From Chloroflexota bacterium (GTDB taxonomy: Bacteria > Chloroflexota > UBA11872 > VXOZ01), in assembly GCA_963662335.2 (NCBI GenBank), contig CAXXVD010000003.1:576001-640000 (forward strand): a stretch of DNA of 64,000 bases, written 5' to 3'. A model generated the notes under the pieces. That model worked only from the letters and a program-made list of their open reading frames with translations, did not search any database and was not told where the DNA came from. Position 1 is the stretch's first letter. Each line of letters starts with the position of its first letter. This document shows, one piece after another, positions 57,693 through 64,000 of this stretch. Made by a program: the position numbers and the translations under genes.

Positions 57693-57950
57693 GTAGCGCG
57701 GGGGCTTGTCCCCCGCCTCTCGCGGGGCGGAGAGAAGATGGATTCCCGCCTGCGCGGGAATGACGAGACGTAGCGCGGGGGCTTGTCCCCCGCCTCTCGC
57801 GGGACGGAGAAAAGATGGATTCCCGCCTGCGCGGGAATGACGAGACGTAGCGCGGGGGCTTGTCCCCCGCCTCTCGCGGGACGGAGAAAAGATGGATTCC
57901 CGCCTGCGCGGGAATGACGGAACGTAGCGCGGGGGCTTGTCCCCCGCCTC
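57693..57950 (+). repeat. BIME-like tandem array, 3 x 77 bp plus a partial unit, fusing two REP families
   Basis: Units start 57693, 57770, 57847 and 57924; each has GTAGCGCGGGGGCTTGTCCCCCGC plus GGATTCCCGCCTGCGCGGGAATGAC. Confidence 0.93.
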
Positions 57951-58016
57951 TTGGCCCCGCACGCAAGCGCCAACGCGGGCCAAGAGGCGCGATAACTTGA
58001 GAAGGGAAACAGATTC

Positions 58017-58460
58017 GTGGCAACGCCTCAACGCACTGACCAACTGGCGGCGGGCGAAGAACTGGCCCCGTTCACGTTCCACGTAACGGAGGAATTCAAC
58101 GAGAACTACCTGCACGCGGTTGAGGATTTTCATCCGCGCTACATGGCGAGCGGCGGCGCGTCCGCGGAGAATGCGGCGGCCCCCATCATCCACGCCGGCC
58201 TGCTCTTCAACTTCAGCAACCTGACGCGCAGCCCCTCGTTCTCCCTACCGGCCGGCGTCGCGGCGATCCATACCCACGAAGAGGCGACGTTTCTCGAGCC
58301 CGCGCCCGTGGGCAGCACGCTGACCGTTTCCTGGAAGATTGTCGAAATGTATGAGAAACGCGGCCGGCGCTACCAGGTGGTGGAGGCGCTCATTGCGACT
58401 GAAACCGGGAGCCAGGTGCTCCGGCGCGTCTCGACGAACATCTACATGGGAGAAGGGTGA
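58017..58460 (+). CDS. Hotdog-fold MaoC-like dehydratase subunit
   Basis: Y..AV.D.HP.Y, IH..EE..F..P..VG..L, YEKRGR.Y.V. Confidence 0.8.
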   Translation: MATPQRTDQLAAGEELAPFTFHVTEEFNENYLHAVEDFHPRYMASGGASAENAAAPIIHAGLLFNFSNLTRSPSFSLPAGVAAIHTHEEATFLEPAPVGSTLTVSWKIVEMYEKRGRRYQVVEALIATETGSQVLRRVSTNIYMGEG

Positions 58461-58539
58461 TTGTTGAGTGCGAGGAGACGCGCGCCGCGTCACTCCGGTG
58501 AAAGCCGGGGTCCAGGAGGTGCGCGGCGAAGATGGATTC

Positions 58540-59573
58540 GGTAGACTCACAGGTGAAGTGCAACATCATGCTAAGGTGTTGCCATGGGAAGATCATACAC
58601 ACAATTCACGTATGCAGAGCGGTGTCAGTTGGCCGGACTTCAGGCCGCGAGACTCACGCAAGCCAAAATCGCTACAGCTCTTGGTCGCTCGCCGTCGACG
58701 ATTTCGCGGGAGGTAAAACGCAACAGTTCGCGGCAAGCAGGGTATCAAGCGGAGTATGCGCAGGAGCAGGCCGAAGCACGTCGCTGTCGCGGCATGCGGC
58801 TGGAGCGAGACGCGGAATTGCGGGAGGATGTGCTGGAGCGCTTGGCATTGGGGTGGTCGCCGGAGGAAGTGTCGGGGCGCTTGGCGCATGACAGGTGCGC
58901 GCCGGTGATCTCTCACGAGAGCATCTATCGCTTCATCTACGGGCAGATTGCGCGCACCAAGGACTACTCGTGGGCAGACCTGCTGCCCCAGGGGCGGACG
59001 GCGCGGCGGCGGCGCAAGCGCAGCAGACGCAGTCCGGCCTCGTTCATCGCGCACCGGCGGCCCTTGGCAGAGCGCCCCGCGGCGGCGGCGGACCGGCAAA
59101 CACCCGGTCACTGGGAGGTAGACCTGATGCTCTTTGGCAGAGGCGGTCAAGCGGTCTTGACCCTGCACGAGCGCCATTCGCGCCTGCTGCTGGCCACCCG
59201 CACCAACGGCAAGGCCGCAGAGCCGATCGCCAGCGCCATGCGCGACCTGCTGGCGCTGGTTCCGCCGGACTGGCGGCAGACCGCCACTTTCGACAACGGC
59301 ACCGAGTTCGCTCGCCATTACCGCCTCCACGACTTGGGCGTACAAACCTTCTTCTGCGACACGCGCGCCCCCTGGCAGAAAGGAGGCGTCGAAAACGCCA
59401 TCGGGCGCCTGCGGCGGGTGCTGCCCCGCAAGACCGACCTGGCGACGGTCTCCGCAGACCGCTTTGCGCAACTGGTGCAGGCCTATAACCACACCCCGCG
59501 CAAGTGTCTTGACTTTCAAACGCCAACCGAAGTGTTCTTGAAACAGGTGTTGCACTTGCAGTGTGAATCCACC
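58540..59573 (+). mobile_element. Complete IS30-family insertion sequence (1034 bp)
   Basis: 26-bp imperfect IRs 58540-58565 (GGTAGACTCACAGGTGAAGTGCAACA) and 59548-59573 (20/26 match); 3-bp TTC duplication at 58537-58539 and 59574-59576. Confidence 0.92.
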
Positions 59574-59594
59574 TTCCCGCGTGCGCGGGAATGA
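58584..59594 (+). CDS. IS30 family transposase
   Basis: HTH IA..LGRS.STISRE..RN, WSPE, SHESIY, GHWE.D, TFDNG.EF, PWQKG.VEN, N..PRK.L. Confidence 0.96.
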   Translation: MGRSYTQFTYAERCQLAGLQAARLTQAKIATALGRSPSTISREVKRNSSRQAGYQAEYAQEQAEARRCRGMRLERDAELREDVLERLALGWSPEEVSGRLAHDRCAPVISHESIYRFIYGQIARTKDYSWADLLPQGRTARRRRKRSRRSPASFIAHRRPLAERPAAAADRQTPGHWEVDLMLFGRGGQAVLTLHERHSRLLLATRTNGKAAEPIASAMRDLLALVPPDWRQTATFDNGTEFARHYRLHDLGVQTFFCDTRAPWQKGGVENAIGRLRRVLPRKTDLATVSADRFAQLVQAYNHTPRKCLDFQTPTEVFLKQVLHLQCESTFPRARE

Positions 59595-59665
59595 CGGAGT
59601 CGGTCGTGCTTTTCCCATGGGCATGAGTGATTGAGCAGCCGCCCAACGTAGCAAGGACTTGAAAT

Positions 59666-60112
59666 ATGTCGCCGTTGACGAATGAGACGCCCGTGGGCCA
59701 CATGGCTACGGGCCGCACGAAGAAGGTCACGTCGTACCGCACGTGGTTGTTTTCCGGTGGCTGGCCGCGGTTCGACGGCTGGCCCGCCAAGAACGTGCAC
59801 ACCGACCTGGCCGCCGCCCAGCAAAGCGGCCTGCCGACCCGCGCCGCTTCCGGCGCCATGTGTCTCGGCTACCTGACGGAGCTTTTGGTAGACCTCTTTG
59901 GCGCGGAATGGCTGAGTCACGGCGCGTTCACCTCCAAGTTCATCGGCATCGTGGACGCCGGTGACGACGTTTTGTGCACGGCGCGGGTAACCGCGAGAGA
60001 GGAAACGGACTCCGGTGTGCGTTTCACCCTGGATGTCCGCTGCGAGAACCAGGACGGCGCGCCGGTGGTGGTCGGCACGGCCAGCGGCCGCATAGAGGAG
60101 AGCGAGGGGTAA
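59666..60112 (+). CDS. MaoC family dehydratase subunit
   Basis: NVHTD...A...GL....ASG, KF...V..GD; start may be ATG 59702. Confidence 0.85.
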   Translation: MSPLTNETPVGHMATGRTKKVTSYRTWLFSGGWPRFDGWPAKNVHTDLAAAQQSGLPTRAASGAMCLGYLTELLVDLFGAEWLSHGAFTSKFIGIVDAGDDVLCTARVTAREETDSGVRFTLDVRCENQDGAPVVVGTASGRIEESEG

Positions 60113-60113
60113 G

Positions 60114-61721
60114 ATGCCCGGCATCGTCGTTTGCGTCCATCCCCGCGCCGCTGAGGCAGGCGCGAATGTCCTGGAAGCCGGCGGCAACGCGTTCGACGCC
60201 GCTATCGCCACCGCTTTCACGCAGATGATCGTCATACCCTTTAGCTGCGGCATCGGGGGCATGGTCTCGGCGCACATCTACTCGCGCGAGCACGACACGC
60301 ACGTGATCGTGGACGGCTGCCTGCGCGCGGGTGCGCGGGTCACGCCCGACATGTGGGCCGCGGACTACCGGGGCGAAGGCGAATTCAACGGCGAGAGCCT
60401 CTTCGACGACTTCCGCAGCACCATGGGCTACTCGTCGATTTGCACGCCCGGCGCGGTGGCCGCGTTGGGCGATGTGCAGCGCCGCTTTTGCACTATGCCC
60501 TGGGCCGAACTCCTGCAACCGGCCATACGCATTGCGCGGCAGGGCTTTCCCGTGCTGCCGGGCATGACGCAAACGCCCGTCGAGGAGCCGGAGCCCTACA
60601 AGCCGAGCCGCGTCGAACGACTGAGCGCCACACCGGACTGCGCCGCGCTCTATCTCAAGCCGGACGGCGCGCCGTTCCACCCGGACGACACACTGCGCAA
60701 TCCGGCCTACGCCGACACACTGGAACAGCTTGCGGCGCGCGGCCCGGACGACTTCTATCGCGGAGATCTGGCGGACAGAATCGGCGCAGACTTAGAGCGA
60801 AACGGCGCGTATGTGACCCGCGAGGACCTGGCGGCCTATCAGCCGGCGTCGTACCCGCCGCGTTCCACCGCCTACCGCGATTACATGGTGTACGGCAACG
60901 GCGCGCCGGGTGGCGGCCCGCTGCTGCTCCAGGCGCTGAACGTGCTGGCCGGGTTCGACCTGCCGGCGTTGGGTCACGGCAGCGCGGATTTCTTTTCCCA
61001 CCTGGGTTCGACGTTGCAATTGGTCAACCAAGACCGGCGCGACTACCTGGGAGACCCGGATTTCTTGTCTCACGCACCGGAGTCCGCGCTACTTTCGGGT
61101 GAACGCACGGCCCAACTCCGTGCGGCGGTGGCGGCCGGTACCGTCGGCGGCGTCGCGCCGCCCCAGGAGCACGGGGATACGACCCACCTCACCGTGGTGG
61201 ACGCCGCCGGCAACATCGCCTGCATCACCCACAGCAACGGCAATCACTCCGGGGTGATTACGCCCGGCGCCGGATTCGTCTACAACAACGGCATGAACCG
61301 CTTCGAGCCCCGGCCGGGACGGGCCAGTTCCTTTGCCCCCGGCAAGGCGCGGCTGCACCTGATGATGCCGGCCATTGCCACGCGGGACGGCGCGCCGGCC
61401 GTGGCCTGGGGCGCGCCGGGCGGCAACGCCATCCTGAGCGCCCTCGCCCAGGCCTTTACGAACGTGGTCGACTTCGGCATGAGCGCCACCGAGGCCGTGA
61501 CCGCGCCGCGCATCCACGCCGAGGGCGAGACCATCTGGTGCGACGCCCGCCTGCGCACGGATACCTGCGACGCCCTGCGCGCGCGGGGCTTCACCGTGGA
61601 GCAAGACCCCATCAGCTATCCGTCGCGGTTCGCGCTGTGCCAGCTTGTCACCATCGCGCCGGACGGCACGGTGGACGGCGGTTCCGACCCACGCGGTGAA
61701 GGGGCGGTCATCGTCACTTAA
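60114..61721 (+). CDS. Gamma-glutamyltransferase-family Ntn hydrolase (no signal peptide)
   Basis: GGNAFDAA, GIGG, FYRG, TTH (Thr nucleophile), NN.M..F, GAPGG, APR.H, SDPR. Confidence 0.92.
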   Translation: MPGIVVCVHPRAAEAGANVLEAGGNAFDAAIATAFTQMIVIPFSCGIGGMVSAHIYSREHDTHVIVDGCLRAGARVTPDMWAADYRGEGEFNGESLFDDFRSTMGYSSICTPGAVAALGDVQRRFCTMPWAELLQPAIRIARQGFPVLPGMTQTPVEEPEPYKPSRVERLSATPDCAALYLKPDGAPFHPDDTLRNPAYADTLEQLAARGPDDFYRGDLADRIGADLERNGAYVTREDLAAYQPASYPPRSTAYRDYMVYGNGAPGGGPLLLQALNVLAGFDLPALGHGSADFFSHLGSTLQLVNQDRRDYLGDPDFLSHAPESALLSGERTAQLRAAVAAGTVGGVAPPQEHGDTTHLTVVDAAGNIACITHSNGNHSGVITPGAGFVYNNGMNRFEPRPGRASSFAPGKARLHLMMPAIATRDGAPAVAWGAPGGNAILSALAQAFTNVVDFGMSATEAVTAPRIHAEGETIWCDARLRTDTCDALRARGFTVEQDPISYPSRFALCQLVTIAPDGTVDGGSDPRGEGAVIVT

Positions 61722-61837
61722 AGCCGCGCGAGCAGACTGGCCGGACACTCTTCCGAGAGCAGGCCGGACTATTTTAGGTGTGCCATGGGGCGCGGCGATT
61801 CTCGCACGGCGCCAGCTTCGCTTGAAGGGAGGAATGC

Positions 61838-62647
61838 GTGATGAGCGCGTCCGCGATGCGACTCTCCGTGCGCCACATCGTCCACGAGCCGAACCCGCCG
61901 CACCTGCCGTACCGGGAGGAGCACTTTGGCTACGTGCAGCTTGACGTGAGCATTCCACCGGAGCGGGCGGCGCTGGTGCTGGTGGACTGTTGGGATCGGA
62001 TCATCGTGGAGAGTTTCCAGGAGCGCGCCGGGCGCATCTGCGCGGAGACGATTCGGCCGGTGCTGGCGGCCTGCCGCGCGGCCGGGATTACGGTGGTGCA
62101 CGCGCCGTCGCCGCCGGTGGCGGCGAAGTTCCGGCAGTTCTGGCCTGAGCCGGAGGCCGCGTCAGAAGCAGCGCCACCATTGCCGGCCGCAGACGCTTGG
62201 CCGCCCCCGGCCTTCGCCCAGCGCCAGGGGGAGTGGGCGGGACTGCAGGCCCGGCGCAGCGGCGCGCATCAGGCGCAGCTTGACCGCATCGACCGGGACC
62301 GCTCTATCCACCCGGCGGTTGTGCCCCGCGCCGGCGACTTCGTAATCGCGACCGGCGACCAACTGCACCGGCTCTGCCGCCAACGCGGCATTCTCTACCT
62401 CTTCTACGCCGGCTTTGCCACCAATATCTGCGTGCCGGACCGGGACTACGGCCTGCGCGCCATGCGCGAGCGCGGCTATGCGCCGGTGCTGCTGCGCGAC
62501 GCTACCACCGGCGTGGAGGCCCGTGACACCTACCCCACGCTGGCGTGCACCAGCGTGATGATCCATCAATTCGAATTGCGCGACGTGGCGGGCACGGTGA
62601 CGTCCGACGCGTTTCTGGCGGCCGTGCGCACGCTGCAAGCGCTGTAG
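61838..62647 (+). CDS. Isochorismatase-family cysteine hydrolase
   Basis: ALVLVDCW, ACR.AG..V.H, YAGFATNICV, LLRD.T. Confidence 0.85.
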   Translation: MMSASAMRLSVRHIVHEPNPPHLPYREEHFGYVQLDVSIPPERAALVLVDCWDRIIVESFQERAGRICAETIRPVLAACRAAGITVVHAPSPPVAAKFRQFWPEPEAASEAAPPLPAADAWPPPAFAQRQGEWAGLQARRSGAHQAQLDRIDRDRSIHPAVVPRAGDFVIATGDQLHRLCRQRGILYLFYAGFATNICVPDRDYGLRAMRERGYAPVLLRDATTGVEARDTYPTLACTSVMIHQFELRDVAGTVTSDAFLAAVRTLQAL

Positions 62648-62692
62648 CGAGACCCTGCGCACGTGCGCTACACTATGAATAGCGGCTGACGT

Positions 62693-63094
62693 GTGCACTC
62701 GGAACGTGGTGTTGAGAAGAGAGACGCTTTGCGTTACGCGCTTGTGGACGAACATTTGCAAGTAAGTTACCAGTTTATTGAACAAGCGCAAGAGGAGCTT
62801 GACCGCGGGGATATTCTCCAGGCTTCAGAGAAAGGCTGGGGCGCGGCGGCGCGCGCGGTAAAGGCTGCCGCCGAAAGCAGGGGACGGAAACACAATGGTC
62901 ACGCTTTGCTGCACAAGCACATCGACAGGATTGCAAGAGAGACCAAGGACAATGAACTACGGCTGCTTTTCAAATCGGCGAATGTCCTTAACGTGAATTT
63001 CTATGAAGGATACCAGGATAGAGAAGGTGTCCAAAACAGCCTCAACGACGTGCGCGCGATTCTCACGAAGTTGGAGAAGTTGGTATACCGCTGA
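62693..63094 (+). CDS. PaREP1-like (HEPN superfamily) protein
   Basis: A.EEL..GD..QASEK.WGAA..AVKA and L..NFYE; start uncertain. Confidence 0.8.
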   Translation: MHSERGVEKRDALRYALVDEHLQVSYQFIEQAQEELDRGDILQASEKGWGAAARAVKAAAESRGRKHNGHALLHKHIDRIARETKDNELRLLFKSANVLNVNFYEGYQDREGVQNSLNDVRAILTKLEKLVYR

Positions 63095-63108
63095 CAGGGA
63101 GGGAAACC

Positions 63109-63375
63109 GTGAATCAGGCAATTGTGCGAGATCTGAATGACATTGACGAGGATTGGACATCCGAGATTGATGTCATACAGGGAACGCACGAAGAGATCAC
63201 TGCTATCAAGATGACCCTCACGGTCCGTGGTCGCAGACGCACGGGCCTAGCGCGCGTGCTCTATCAACGTCCTGTCTTGGAGCCTGGCCCCATAGAGGTC
63301 GACCCCGTAGATGAAGCCACGAAGAAGGCGTTTGTCCAGGCTGCCAGGCAGTTCGGCATCACGTTAAGCGACTGA
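63109..63375 (+). CDS. Hypothetical protein
   Basis: GTG start after GGGAGGG, 14 bp after the previous stop; globular-looking composition. Confidence 0.6.
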   Translation: MNQAIVRDLNDIDEDWTSEIDVIQGTHEEITAIKMTLTVRGRRRTGLARVLYQRPVLEPGPIEVDPVDEATKKAFVQAARQFGITLSD

Positions 63376-63488
63376 GTTGGCTTCGATTACGTTCTGGACC
63401 CATGCCCGGTAAGTGTCTTGCGGCCGGCGGGACGAGAGTCTCTGCCCGACGTGATTCATATGCGGCTTGTTCTTCCTTCTGACGCCGC

Positions 63489-63998
63489 CTAAGGCTCGAT
63501 GCCCGCCAGCCAGCGCACGAATTGCGCCGAACACCAGGCGGCCGGGTCGCGTTCCGCCAGCGCGAGCCACTCATCCACCACCGGCCTGATGCGCATGGAG
63601 CGCAGGCGGGCGGAGCCGATTGTGCCGTACCACAGCAAGCCTTGCTCCGCGAAGCGTTCTTCCGCGACTAGGCGTTTGCCCGTGCCGATGTTGGGCCAGA
63701 CGCCGCCGCGGGTCCAGCCCCGCACCTGTTTCAGCAGCGCCGCGCGCCGGGCGGGGGCGGCGCGGGCCAGCGCCCGGTGGACGAGGCGCGTCTCGACGAA
63801 GTGCACCATGGTCAGGCGTTGGCAATTTACCCCAATGAGGCAGTAGAAGACGTTCCAGTCATAGAAGCGCTGCCAGGGACTCTGGGCGGCGAACGCGCCG
63901 GGCCCCCAGGGACTTTCGCGTAGGCCGGCAGCGCCGTGATTGGCCGTGAGTGCCGCGGCGCGCGGGCCGATGGCGGCTACCGAATGGGTGTAGTGGTT
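63489..63998 (-). CDS. AAC(3)-family N-acetyltransferase, C-terminal part (start outside window)
   Basis: Frame open to the window edge: NHYTHSVAAIGPRA..LTA.H....SPWG....SPW....LIGV....TMVHFVE. Confidence 0.78.
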   Translation of the reverse strand, partial: NHYTHSVAAIGPRAAALTANHGAAGLRESPWGPGAFAAQSPWQRFYDWNVFYCLIGVNCQRLTMVHFVETRLVHRALARAAPARRAALLKQVRGWTRGGVWPNIGTGKRLVAEERFAEQGLLWYGTIGSARLRSMRIRPVVDEWLALAERDPAAWCSAQFVRWLAGIEP

Positions 63999-64000
63999 GC

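Noticed and set aside
57693-57950. Possible CRISPR array (palindromic repeat with 77-bp period)
   Set aside because: The intervening sequences are near-identical and are themselves REP elements.
63489-63998. Aminoglycoside resistance gene
   Set aside because: Only a partial, divergent AAC(3)-fold sequence; family membership alone does not show resistance.

Overview
GC-rich bacterial chromosomal window, probably from a monoderm Chloroflexota-like organism (inferred from Tat-lipoprotein solute-binding proteins, tandem Uma2 genes and dense REP-like palindromes; not provable here). It carries housekeeping genes (hom, thrC, recJ, rel, lipA, lipB, pth, comEA, tRNA-Thr-CGT), two toxin-antitoxin pairs, four orphan ABC solute-binding lipoproteins, a phosphate/polyphosphate cluster (CHAD, ppx, two Tmk-like kinases, arsC, phoU, phoR, phoB), a GH38 glycosidase, an uncharacterised catabolic locus (TauD, PaaK-like ligase, two MaoC halves, GGT, cysteine hydrolase) and one complete IS30 element. 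The strongest novelty candidate is the CHAD-ppx-Tmk-like pair operon, a likely heteromeric polyphosphate kinase with one intact and one degenerate P-loop. Other highlights are an IS30 that inserted into a REP and takes its transposase stop codon from it, a Rel with a duplicated zinc-finger (RIS) domain, a stand-alone recombinase core-binding-domain protein, a CTTAGAAT 11-bp-period operator shared by two distant promoters, a ~200-nt rod-like intergenic structure and several short tandem arrays beside REP doublets. All calls come from reading motifs by eye; no database searches were run.
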